A stretch of 64,000 bases of DNA, from assembly GCA_963755025.1 (NCBI GenBank), contig CAVWIH010000037.1, positions 1 to 64,000 on the forward strand. Reading direction: 5' to 3'. The stretch is from an uncultured Actinomycetes bacterium. Lineage in GTDB: Bacteria; Actinomycetota; Thermoleophilia; UBA2241. A model generated the notes under the pieces. The model was given only the letters and a program-made list of their open reading frames with translations. It searched no databases and had not been told where the DNA came from. The translations under genes and the position numbers were made by a program. Positions 39,892 through 48,476 of the stretch are shown here, piece by piece (positions within the stretch are counted from its first letter, which is position 1; each line of letters starts with the position of its first letter).

Positions 39892-40237
39892 GACCGCTGC
39901 ATACCCCCAGTGCCCAGAGGCGGCCGACGACCTCGAAGGTGTCGGCCTCGGTGGTGAACAGGTGCAGGTCTTCGGCGACGGCCTTGGCGATCACGTCGGC
40001 GTCGGGCACGCGGCCCGACGAGAAGATGACGGCGGCGAGCTCGGCGTGGCTGGCCACGGCGACGACGTTCAGGTGCACCTGGAGCGTGACGAGCACGCCG
40101 CCCTCGGGCGCGTTGGCGAGCACGTCGGAGAGCAGGTCGGAGGCGTACCCGGCCGTGAGCTCGGCGGTCACGGGGGCGTCGAGCGCCGGCGTCAGGTGCT
40201 CGAGGCCGAGCTCGGTAGCGATGGTCTCCAGGTTCAT
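39881..40237 (-). CDS. DRTGG/HPr-kinase N-terminal-like domain protein
   Basis: GYASDLLSDVLA and VTLQVHLNVVAVA...FEVVGRL, typical of hydrogenase-linked DRTGG proteins. Confidence 0.85.
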   Translation of the reverse strand: MNLETIATELGLEHLTPALDAPVTAELTAGYASDLLSDVLANAPEGGVLVTLQVHLNVVAVASHAELAAVIFSSGRVPDADVIAKAVAEDLHLFTTEADTFEVVGRLWALGVCSGRVA

Positions 40238-40243
40238 TTCTGT

Positions 40244-41794
40244 TCAGCCTCCGTCGGTCGAGCGGTAGGGGCACAGGGTGGCGTCGGCGCGTGCGAGCAC
40301 CACGTCTTCGGCCAGGGCCGCGCACGTGGGGGCGCCGCAGGCGCCGCAATCTTTGCCGGGCAGCGAACGCCGCACGGTCTCGAGGCGGGCGAGCTTCTTG
40401 ATGGCCTTGGCCATGTCGGCGTCGAGGCGTATGCCGGGGCGCGCCGCGAACGGTTCGAGCGGCGCCGCGGTGGGCGGTGCGCTGGCCGCGGGCGCGGCGG
40501 ACGCCGGCCAGCGCGCTTCGGAGAGAAAGGGGTCGTCGGCCAGCATGGGCGAGCCGAAGCAGCCGCCGTCGCACACGAAGAGCTCGAGCGCCGCGGTGGT
40601 CGTGAGCAGGCCGTTCTCTATTTGCTCGAGCACGGCGATCACGTGCTCGATGCCGGTCACGCGCAGCACGCCGTCGTCGGGCCGGGCGGCGGCCAGCGGC
40701 GCAGCCGACTCGTCGTGCCGGTCGGCGAGGTGCGAGAGCACGAGGTCGCGCAGCAGGGCGGGCTCGACGGCGCGGCTCGCGGCGTCGACGCCGCGCGCGG
40801 CCAGCGCGCTGCGCTGGCCCGGGCACGACACCACGTAGGCGGCGCTTGGGTCGGTGCTGACGGCGGCCAGCGACTCCCAGGGCGAGGCGAAGGGCGCCAG
40901 GTGAGCCAGGAGCGAGGGAAAGCGCAGCTCGATCAGGTCGACGACCGAGGGGCAGGCCGGCGAGAGCACCGGCCAGGGGCGCTCGTGGGCCTGGGCCTGG
41001 GCCATGACCTCGCGGCGCAGGGCGTCTTCGAAGTCGTCGACCGAGTGCACGTCGGCAAAACCGGCCTGGGCCAGGGCGTCGCGCACGGAGGCGGCGGGCA
41101 CGTGCTCGCCGAACCCGGCGAGAAAGGCGGGCGGCACGGCGAGCGAGCCGGCGCCGAGGCGCTGCGCGTCGGGCGCCGTGGCGGCCAGGCACAGCGCGCC
41201 CGAGTCGCACACCGCGATGCAGCAGGTGCAGTCGATGCAGAGGTGGGCGAGCACCGACGGCACGCCGTCGCGCACGCGGATGGCGTTGGTGGGGCAGGCG
41301 GTGAGGCAGCGCCGGCAGTCGCGGCACAGCTCGGCGATGACGGCCAGCGACAAGACGGGGTGGGCGACCGCGCGCTCGGGCTGCAGCAGCACGGTGAAGT
41401 GCACCGTGGTGCCCTTGTCGACCTCGCTTTCGAGGGCGAAGACGTCGGAGTTGCTGCGGATGTTGGGCAGGCCCAGGCCGGCGCCGAAGCCCAGGGCGCG
41501 CGCTTCGGCGGGGGCTGTGGACCAGCCCGGCGTGAGCGCCTTCTCCAGGTCGGCGATGCCGGGCCCCTCGTCGATCACGTCGACCTCGAGGCGGCGCTCG
41601 TCGAAGGCCGCGTCGAGGCGCCCGCGATGGGCGTGGATGACGACGTTCATCTCGGCTTCGTAGGCGGCGATCATGGCGCGGCGGATGGCGTCGGAGCGCG
41701 CTCCGATCGACTTGAGGTGGGCTTTGATGGCGCGCGACGCGCCGCCCGCCTCGTTGTAGTCGCCGCCCTCGATGTCGTAGCTGACATGCTCCAC
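40244..41794 (-). CDS. RsbT/anti-sigma-type Ser/Thr kinase fused to a degenerate [FeFe]-hydrogenase-like FeS protein
   Basis: Kinase part AGGAS...IAAYEAEMNVVIHA, DEGPGI, GWSTA and GFGAGLGLPNI; then 2x[4Fe-4S], LSPACPSV, VSCPGQR, VCDGGCFGSP and LPGKDCGACGAPTC. GTG start at 41794. Confidence 0.85.
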   Translation of the reverse strand: MEHVSYDIEGGDYNEAGGASRAIKAHLKSIGARSDAIRRAMIAAYEAEMNVVIHAHRGRLDAAFDERRLEVDVIDEGPGIADLEKALTPGWSTAPAEARALGFGAGLGLPNIRSNSDVFALESEVDKGTTVHFTVLLQPERAVAHPVLSLAVIAELCRDCRRCLTACPTNAIRVRDGVPSVLAHLCIDCTCCIAVCDSGALCLAATAPDAQRLGAGSLAVPPAFLAGFGEHVPAASVRDALAQAGFADVHSVDDFEDALRREVMAQAQAHERPWPVLSPACPSVVDLIELRFPSLLAHLAPFASPWESLAAVSTDPSAAYVVSCPGQRSALAARGVDAASRAVEPALLRDLVLSHLADRHDESAAPLAAARPDDGVLRVTGIEHVIAVLEQIENGLLTTTAALELFVCDGGCFGSPMLADDPFLSEARWPASAAPAASAPPTAAPLEPFAARPGIRLDADMAKAIKKLARLETVRRSLPGKDCGACGAPTCAALAEDVVLARADATLCPYRSTDGG

Positions 41795-41802
41795 GGCGGC
41801 GT

Positions 41803-42873
41803 TCAGACCCGCGCCGACTGGGGGGTCGCCGGAGCGGCCGTGAGGGACTGGTAGATGAGGCCGCAGGTCTCGAACACGCCGATCGGCGAGACCATGAGCG
41901 TGGTGCCCGCGCTGTCGGCCTTGGCGACGATCTCGGGTTCGGGCGAGGCGCCGTTCACAAAGCAGACCGCGGGCACGTCCATGAGCTCGGCGACGCGGAT
42001 CATCTGCAGGCTCATGAGGTTGGTCACCAGCAGGGTGCGGTCGGAGGCTTCGTTCAACAGGTCGCTCACGCGGTCGCCGGCGTAGATCTTCTCGACGATG
42101 CGCTGCGGGCACGACTCGCCCGAGATGATGGTGGCGCCGATGCAGCGCGCCAGTTCGTCGAGTCGCACCTCGCCGCCGGCCAGCAGCGAGTCGAGCTGGC
42201 GCATGAGCGGCACGGCGGCCTTTTCGGCTTCGGCCTCGGCCTCGGCTTCGGCTTCGAGCGGCGTCTCGCGGGCGATATAGGCGGCGGTCTCGAGGGCGGC
42301 GGTGATGTCGACATCGATCACCGAGACGCCCTCGGGTACCTGCAGCGGCGTGGCGGCGAAGCTCACGATGGAGCGCACGCCCGCGCGCACGAGGGTGTCG
42401 GTGACTTCTTGCGCGGCGGCCGGCGGCGTGGTCACCACGGCGATCTGCACGCCGAGGTCGCGCACGGTCGATTCCATGATGGCGGCGGGAAAGCAGCGGC
42501 AGCCTTCGACCCGCACGTCGACCTTGGCGGGGTCGTTGTCGAAGGCCGCGACGATGGCGAGCTTGGGGCGGCGGCCGGCGGAGTGGGCGATGACCGAGCG
42601 CCCCAGCTTGCCGACGCCGACGAGCGCCACGTCCTGGCGGATGGGGCCGTCGAGAAAGCCGCCGATGCTCTCGATGCATTTGTCGACTTCGTAGCCGTGC
42701 GTGGGGCTGCCCGAGTAGCCGATCGACATGAAGTCGCGGCGCACCTGGGCGGCCGTCAGGCCGGCGAGCTTGGCGAGCTGATGGGAGAACACGTGGCTCG
42801 TGCCCGCGTCGCGCAGCGAGATGAGCAGGCGCCGATAGAGGCTCATGCGAGCGATCGTCTTGCGCGAGACCAT
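41803..42873 (-). CDS. rex: Redox-sensing transcriptional repressor Rex fused to a C-terminal DRTGG domain
   Basis: GAGGAGGA RBS; RMSLYRR, SHQLAKLAGLTAAQVRRDF...GY and VALVGVGKLG...AAFDND; (EA)n linker; then IYAGDRVSDLL...LLVTNL...FETCGLIY. Confidence 0.9.
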   Translation of the reverse strand: MVSRKTIARMSLYRRLLISLRDAGTSHVFSHQLAKLAGLTAAQVRRDFMSIGYSGSPTHGYEVDKCIESIGGFLDGPIRQDVALVGVGKLGRSVIAHSAGRRPKLAIVAAFDNDPAKVDVRVEGCRCFPAAIMESTVRDLGVQIAVVTTPPAAAQEVTDTLVRAGVRSIVSFAATPLQVPEGVSVIDVDITAALETAAYIARETPLEAEAEAEAEAEKAAVPLMRQLDSLLAGGEVRLDELARCIGATIISGESCPQRIVEKIYAGDRVSDLLNEASDRTLLVTNLMSLQMIRVAELMDVPAVCFVNGASPEPEIVAKADSAGTTLMVSPIGVFETCGLIYQSLTAAPATPQSARV

Positions 42874-42938
42874 GATCCTCCTCTGACTGACGGGCTGGCC
42901 GGACAGCGGGTGGTGGTGCGTGGTTACGTTACGTAACG

Positions 42939-42956
42939 TTGTGAACTGATTCACAG
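42939..42956. promoter_or_regulatory. Rex operator (ROP)
   Basis: TTGTGAA-CTGA-TTCACAG, one mismatch to TTGTGAA-N4-TTCACAA, about 66 bp upstream of rex. Confidence 0.88.
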
Positions 42957-43229
42957 CGTAACCGGGGACCAAAAGGGTGTCAAGGGCCGCCGGGCGGCCC
43001 GCCGGAAAGGCTTGCGGGCCGCCTTGGACACGGCGTCCAAACGGGTGGGCTCGTCTTCACCTCGCGCGTCAGCGCGCGACGCTATCGCGGCGCCGGGGAG
43101 TCGTTAAGATGACGCTGGAGCTCAGGCGCCGCCAACGCGGTGTGCCCGCAGCGCTCCAGACTCTCGATGCAGTCAGCAAGGTTCTCCGGTTTGGCCAAAC
43201 CGGGGGGCGATCCAGGTGCGGAGGTTCCC

Positions 43230-44504
43230 ATGACGGTGGTCGCGCAAGACAAGAAGACCCGCATTCCCGGTTTTATCGGGCACAGCTCTCCCATCACCAT
43301 CGACCACGGCGAGGGCGCCTGGGTCTACGGCACCGACGGCAGCAAGTGGCTCGACTTCTGCATGGGCATCGCCGTGGCCAACACCGGCCACAGCCACCCG
43401 CGCGTCGTCAAGGCCGCCCAGGACCAGCTCGGGCGCATGATCCACGCGCAGATGAACATGTACTACCACCAGCCCATGCTCGACCTCGCCGACACGCTCT
43501 GCCAGATCGTGCCGGGCAGCCTCGACCAGGTGCTCTTCGCCAACTCCGGCGCCGAGGCCGTCGAGAACGCCGTGAAGCTCGCCAAGGGCACCCTGCGGCG
43601 CCCCGGCGTGATCGCCTTCCAGAACGCCTTCCACGGCCGCACGCACCTCGCCATGGCGATGACCGACTCGGTCGTGCACTACCGCGGCCACATGCAGCCG
43701 CTGGTGCCCTGCATCTATCACGCCCGCTACTGCGATCCCTTCCACACGCCGGCCGGCCTCGACCCGACCGAGTACGCCATCGAAGACCTGCGCCGCATCC
43801 TGCGCGCCGAGATCTACGGCGAAGACGTGGCCTGCATCGTGGTCGAGCCCATCCAGGGCGAGGGCGGCTTCATCGTGCCGACGCCCGAGTTCTTCAGCGA
43901 GCTGCGCAAGATCGCCGACGAGATCGGCGCCTACCTCGTGATCGACGAGATCCAGTCGGGTATGGGGCGCACCGGCAAGTGGTTCTGCCACGAGCACTTC
44001 GGCGTCACCGCCGACATCGTCACTGTCGCCAAGGGCATCGCCAGCGGCCTGCCGCTCGCGGCCGTCGTCTCGCGCAAGGAGATCTGGGACAAGGTCACCC
44101 CCGGCTCCATGGGCGGCACGTTCGGCGGCAACATCGTGGCCTGCGCCGCGGCCAACGCCACCATCGAGGTCATGAAAGACGAAGACCTGCTGGGCAACGC
44201 CGCCCGCCAGGGCGACAAGCTCATGAGCTTCTTCAAGGACCTGCAGAAGACCTATCCCGCCATCGGCGACGTGCGCGGCAAGGGCCTCATGGCCGCCATC
44301 GAGGTCGTCAAGCCGGGCACCCGCGAGCCCGACGCCGGCCCCGCCAAGGCGTTCGTCGCCGAGGCCGCCAAGCGCAACACCATCCTCATGGGCGCCGGCA
44401 GCGCCGGCAACTGCGTGCGCTTCCTGCCGCCCCTCGTGGTCACCGACTCAGACATGGAGCACGCCTTCGGCGTCTTCGAAGAGGTCGCCAAGGTCGTCTT
44501 CTAG
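43230..44504 (+). CDS. Class III PLP aminotransferase (GabT-like)
   Basis: GGAGG RBS; NSGAEAVENA, FHGRT, EPIQGEGG, DEIQSGMGRTG, AKGIASG and GTFGGN. Confidence 0.93.
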   Translation: MTVVAQDKKTRIPGFIGHSSPITIDHGEGAWVYGTDGSKWLDFCMGIAVANTGHSHPRVVKAAQDQLGRMIHAQMNMYYHQPMLDLADTLCQIVPGSLDQVLFANSGAEAVENAVKLAKGTLRRPGVIAFQNAFHGRTHLAMAMTDSVVHYRGHMQPLVPCIYHARYCDPFHTPAGLDPTEYAIEDLRRILRAEIYGEDVACIVVEPIQGEGGFIVPTPEFFSELRKIADEIGAYLVIDEIQSGMGRTGKWFCHEHFGVTADIVTVAKGIASGLPLAAVVSRKEIWDKVTPGSMGGTFGGNIVACAAANATIEVMKDEDLLGNAARQGDKLMSFFKDLQKTYPAIGDVRGKGLMAAIEVVKPGTREPDAGPAKAFVAEAAKRNTILMGAGSAGNCVRFLPPLVVTDSDMEHAFGVFEEVAKVVF

Positions 44505-44548
44505 ACCGACCTTCGCACGGCCGCTCGCGCGCGGCCGACAACAGCGTG

Positions 44549-44587
44549 GGCGGGCCCGGCTTTTCCCTACGGATCGCCGGGCCCGCC
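44549..44587 (+). terminator. Hairpin after the aminotransferase
   Basis: GGCGGGCCCGGC ... GCCGGGCCCGCC inverted repeat. Confidence 0.5.
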
Positions 44588-44642
44588 TGTTGCGTGGCGC
44601 CGCGTCGAGCCCGCCCGGGCCGCTGTGCTAGACTTCGCCACC

Positions 44643-45191
44643 ATGCATGACTCGCTGCCGGCCGCCGGGCCGTTCCACACTCCCATCCGGGTCCGTTACG
44701 AAGAGACCGACGCCGCCGGCGTGGTCTACTACGCGAACTACCTCGTCTACTTCGAGGTCGCGCGCGTCGAGTCGTTGCGCGCCGTGGGCATGCCGATCAC
44801 CGAAGTCGAGCGCCGCGGCGTGCTGCTGCCGGCCGTGAGCGCGAACTGCACCTACCACTGCCCCGCGCACGTCGACGACCTGCTCGACGTCGCCATGTGG
44901 ACCGACCACGTCGGCCGCGCCTCGTTCGGCTTCGGCTACGAGGTGCGCCGCGTCGCCGACGGGGCGGGCGAGCGCGACGCCGAGGGTGCGGCGACAGGCG
45001 CCGCGGGCGCGGGCACAGGCGCCGCGGGCGCGGGTACTGCCGCGGCTACGGCCGGCGCGCCGGGCACGCTGATCGCGAGCGGTTCGACCCGCCACGCCGT
45101 CGTGGCGCGCGACACCATGCGTCCGGTACGCATAGAGGGCTGGATTGCCGACCTCGTGGCGCGGGCACAAGAGTGGCGGCCGCCCTCATGA
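44643..45191 (+). CDS. YbgC/FadM-family acyl-CoA thioesterase
   Basis: RVRYEETDAAGVVYYANYLVYFEVAR; contains a Gly/Ala low-complexity insert (21-bp repeat at about 44994-45035). Confidence 0.9.
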   Translation: MHDSLPAAGPFHTPIRVRYEETDAAGVVYYANYLVYFEVARVESLRAVGMPITEVERRGVLLPAVSANCTYHCPAHVDDLLDVAMWTDHVGRASFGFGYEVRRVADGAGERDAEGAATGAAGAGTGAAGAGTAAATAGAPGTLIASGSTRHAVVARDTMRPVRIEGWIADLVARAQEWRPPS

Positions 45192-46177
45192 GCACGACAC
45201 CCCCTATCGAGGATTTCGAAGTGCACATGCCCGACGATCTCGATGTCGAGCACTGCTACCGCCACCCCGACCGCGAGACCGGCGTGCGCTGTGCCAACTG
45301 TGGCCGGCCGATCTGTCACGAGTGCATGGTGCCGGCGGCGGTCGGCTTTCGCTGCCCCGAGTGCATGGCCGAGCAGCGCCGCGGCTCGGGGCGCCCCCAC
45401 GTGATCACCCGCCAGCAGACGCGCGGCCGCTGGCAGCGCAACACCGCCATGGGCGGCGGCGCCGGCTGGACGGTGACCAAAGCGCTCGTCGCCATCAACG
45501 TCGTCGTGTTCCTGATCGAGATCGTGACCGGCGCCGGCAGCCTCACGCTCACCGGCGCCGGCAGCGGCCTGGCCCTGCACAACATGGGCTCGCTCAGGCC
45601 CTACGACGTGCTCGCCCTGCACCAGTACTGGCGCATGGTCACGGTCATGTTCCTGCACCTCGATCTCCTCCACATCGCCTTCAACATGTGGGCGCTGTGG
45701 GTGATCGGGCAGTACGTCGAAGGCATCCTCGGCCACCTCAAGTTCCTCGTGCTCTACCTCATCTCGGGCCTCGCCGGCTCAGTGCTGATCGTCTATGCGG
45801 CGCCGCTGCTCGGTCAGACCGTCGGCGCCTCCGGGGCGATCTTCGGTATCTTCGGGGCACTCGCCATCTACGCGTTCATCAACCGCAACCGCGACTTCGC
45901 CTCGCGCGCCATCCTGGGTCAGATCGTCTTTCTGCTGATCCTCAACCTGGCGCTCACCTTCGGCGCCGGCGGCATCTCCTGGCAGGGACACGTCGGCGGC
46001 CTCGCAGGCGGCACCGCGCTCATGGCCGGTTACATGCTGCTCGGCCGCAAGAACCCGGGCGGCCGCTTCACGAACAGCGACATCGCCTTCACGGTGGCGG
46101 CGCTCGTGCTGATCGTGGCGCTCACGTTCTGGCGCGTGCAGACCTTCACGCTGGCGAGCTTCATCCCCTGGTTGTAG
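45188..46177 (+). CDS. Rhomboid intramembrane serine protease with N-terminal Zn-finger (B-box-like)
   Basis: CYRHPDRETGVRCANCGRPICHEC...CPEC; WR, FLH...HIAFNM, GASGA and HVGG; ATGA overlap with the upstream gene. Confidence 0.93.
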   Translation: MSTTPPIEDFEVHMPDDLDVEHCYRHPDRETGVRCANCGRPICHECMVPAAVGFRCPECMAEQRRGSGRPHVITRQQTRGRWQRNTAMGGGAGWTVTKALVAINVVVFLIEIVTGAGSLTLTGAGSGLALHNMGSLRPYDVLALHQYWRMVTVMFLHLDLLHIAFNMWALWVIGQYVEGILGHLKFLVLYLISGLAGSVLIVYAAPLLGQTVGASGAIFGIFGALAIYAFINRNRDFASRAILGQIVFLLILNLALTFGAGGISWQGHVGGLAGGTALMAGYMLLGRKNPGGRFTNSDIAFTVAALVLIVALTFWRVQTFTLASFIPWL

Positions 46178-46229
46178 CCGCCCGCCGGCGCCGCTCGGGC
46201 GCCGCGCGGGCCGACGGCAAGGAGACCCC

Positions 46230-47453
46230 GTGCAGGCAGCAGACCGCGAGTCGTCGTTCGTAGAGCCACGCGCCGTCACGGCGCCGCCCGCCGAGATCGA
46301 GCGCCGCGTCGCCGCGTTTCAACGGGCGCTGCGCGCCGCGGGCATCGAGGCCGCGCTGGTCGTGCAGAACGCCGACCTCTTCTACCTGGCCGGCACGGTG
46401 CAGCAGTCGCACCTGCTGGTGCCGGCCGCCGGCGAGCCCGTGCTGCTCACGCGTAAAACGGTCGATCGCGCGCGCGAGGAGTCGCCGCTCGCCGTCGAGC
46501 CGCTGCCCAGCCAGCGCGACCTCGGCGAGCTGGTCGCGCGGCACTGCGGCGGCGCCCCGCAGGTCGTCGGCCTCGAGCTCGACGTGCTGCCGGTCGCCCA
46601 GTTTCGCCGCTACGAGCGTCAGTTCCCGGGCGCGTCGTTTGCCGACGTGGGGGCGCTGCTCGTGGCGCAGCGCGCGGTCAAGTCGCCCTGGGAAGTCGCC
46701 CGCATCGCCGCCGCCGCGGCGCTCGGCGACGAGGTCTGCAAGGCGATTCCCGACCTGCTGCGCGAGGGTGTGACCGAGGCCGCCTTCGCCGGCGCGGTCG
46801 AAGCCCGGGCGCGGGCGCTGGGCCACCAGGGCGTGGTGCGCATGCGCGCCTTCAACGGCGAGATGTTCTACGGTCAGCTGCTCTCCGGCGCGAGCGGCGC
46901 CGTGCCTTCGTACCTCGACACGCCGCTGGCCGGCATGGGCCTGAGCCCGGCGATCGCCCAGAGCGTGAGCTTCAAGGCGATCGGCCGCGGCGAACCGGTG
47001 ATCTTCGACTTTGTGCCGGCGCTCGACGGCTACACGTCGGACTTCACCCGCATCTTCTCGCTCGGCGAGCTGCCCGAGCAGCTCACGGGCGCCTACGCCT
47101 GCTCGCTGCGGGCGCAGGCGGCGGTCACCGCCGCCGCGCGGCCGGGCGCGGTCTGCCGCGACCTCTACGAGACGGCGCTCGCCGTGGCGCGCGACGCCGG
47201 GCTCGAGGCCCACTTCATGGGCTACGGCCCGGCCCAGGTGCGCTTCGTCGGTCACGGCGTGGGCGTCGAACTGGACGAGCTGCCCGTGCTCTCTCCCAAC
47301 GACCGGGTGCTCGAAGAGGGCATGGTGTTCGCCCTCGAGCCCAAGTTCGTCTTTCCGGGCGTGGGGGCGATCGGCATCGAGAACACCTGGGCGGTGACGG
47401 CCGACGGCGTCGCCCGGCTCTCGCGCGCGCCCGAGGAGATCGTCGTTCTGTAG
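46230..47453 (+). CDS. Xaa-Pro aminopeptidase / M24 family protein
   Basis: RAVKS, DGYTSDFTR, GHGVGVELDE, ALEPK and GIENT motifs. Confidence 0.92.
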   Translation: MQAADRESSFVEPRAVTAPPAEIERRVAAFQRALRAAGIEAALVVQNADLFYLAGTVQQSHLLVPAAGEPVLLTRKTVDRAREESPLAVEPLPSQRDLGELVARHCGGAPQVVGLELDVLPVAQFRRYERQFPGASFADVGALLVAQRAVKSPWEVARIAAAAALGDEVCKAIPDLLREGVTEAAFAGAVEARARALGHQGVVRMRAFNGEMFYGQLLSGASGAVPSYLDTPLAGMGLSPAIAQSVSFKAIGRGEPVIFDFVPALDGYTSDFTRIFSLGELPEQLTGAYACSLRAQAAVTAAARPGAVCRDLYETALAVARDAGLEAHFMGYGPAQVRFVGHGVGVELDELPVLSPNDRVLEEGMVFALEPKFVFPGVGAIGIENTWAVTADGVARLSRAPEEIVVL

Positions 47454-47529
47454 CGCACTTGCGCGCGCCCGAGGAGATCGTCGTTCTGTAGCGCACTTGC
47501 GCGCGCCCGAGAAGATCGTCGCCCTGTAG
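47423..47529. repeat. 38-bp tandem repeat (2.8 copies) duplicating the 3' end of the M24 gene
   Basis: GCGCGCGCCCGAGGAGATCGTCGTTCTGTAGCGCACTT at 47423 and 47461, with a variant copy at 47499. Confidence 0.92.
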
Positions 47530-47663
47530 GGTTCGGGGCGCTGCCGCGGGCGGGGTAGCCGCGAGCTGCCGCAAGGCCCGGTAGCCGAGTTGCCGCCACG
47601 ACACGAGACGGCTCCAACGGCGACCAACTCGACAAAGAAGCCTTTTTGGTCCACAATGGCGTC

Positions 47664-48116
47664 ATGAAGCTTTCCACACAAGCCGACTACGCCGTCCGCG
47701 CCGTCTACGAGCTCGCCATGCGCGAGCCCGGCGCCGTGGTGCAGACGCGCGACATAGCGGCCGCCCAGGGTCTGCCCGAAGGCTACCTGGCCAAGGTCAT
47801 CCAGAGCCTCGTGCGCGCCGGCGTGCTGCACTCGTCGCGGGGCACCGGCGGCGGCGTCTCGCTCGCGCGGCCGCGCTCCGACCTGACGGTGCGCGACGTG
47901 TTCGAGGCGGTCGACGGGCCGCTCGAACTGCATCGCTGCGACGGCCACACCCAGCCCTGCGAGTCGGGGCCGTGCGGCACCCACAGTTTTTGGCAGCGCA
48001 TCGAGGACGTGCTCAAAGCCGAGCTCGAGCGCACAGATTTCGAGGCGCTGGCCACCTGCCGGCATGGCGCAGAGGCGGGCGACTCGGCAGTCGCCACCAC
48101 CCAAGCGGGGAGGTGA
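47664..48116 (+). CDS. Rrf2-family transcriptional regulator (IscR-like, three Cys)
   Basis: MKLSTQADYAVRA, YLAKV, SSRGTGGG and C-x6-C-x4-C-x2-H. Confidence 0.92.
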   Translation: MKLSTQADYAVRAVYELAMREPGAVVQTRDIAAAQGLPEGYLAKVIQSLVRAGVLHSSRGTGGGVSLARPRSDLTVRDVFEAVDGPLELHRCDGHTQPCESGPCGTHSFWQRIEDVLKAELERTDFEALATCRHGAEAGDSAVATTQAGR

Positions 48117-48121
48117 ATCAC

Positions 48122-48349
48122 ATGAAGGAAGAGGTCGAAAAGGCTCTTGGCGACATTCGTCCGGCCCTGCAGGCCGACGGTGGCGACATCGAGCTCGTCG
48201 GCGTCACCGACGACGGCGTCGTGCAGGTACGGCTCGTGGGCCATTGCGCGGGTTGCCCGATGTCGCAGATGACCCTCACGCACGGCGTCGAGCGCCATCT
48301 CAAGAACGTGGTGCCGGGCGTCGAGCGCGTCGAGAACGTGCTCGCGTAA
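48122..48349 (+). CDS. NifU/NfuA C-terminal domain Fe-S scaffold protein
   Basis: GGAGG RBS; IRPALQADGGDIEL and GHCAGCPMS. Confidence 0.93.
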   Translation: MKEEVEKALGDIRPALQADGGDIELVGVTDDGVVQVRLVGHCAGCPMSQMTLTHGVERHLKNVVPGVERVENVLA

Positions 48350-48399
48350 GCTGCTCAGGCACTTCGCATGGGGCGCACGCCCCGGCGCGGACAGAACAA

Positions 48400-48442
48400 G
48401 GGGCGGGGCCCCGGTCGACAAAGTCGACCGGGGCCCCGCCCC
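48400..48442. terminator. Bidirectional hairpin between convergent genes
   Basis: GGGGCGGGGCCCCGGTCGAC-AAA-GTCGACCGGGGCCCCGCCCC. Confidence 0.8.
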
Positions 48443-48476
48443 CTGTTTGCCTTGTCTGTCTGGCGCCTGGTGCGGC

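Noticed and set aside
41795-42679. 811-aa ORF implying a triple Rex-kinase-hydrogenase fusion
   Set aside because: The first ~295 aa are an alternative frame of rex; rex-DRTGG stops at 41803 and the kinase starts at 41794.
47423-47529. 38-bp repeats as a CRISPR array
   Set aside because: Units are head to tail with no unique spacers, and they copy the end of the M24 gene.
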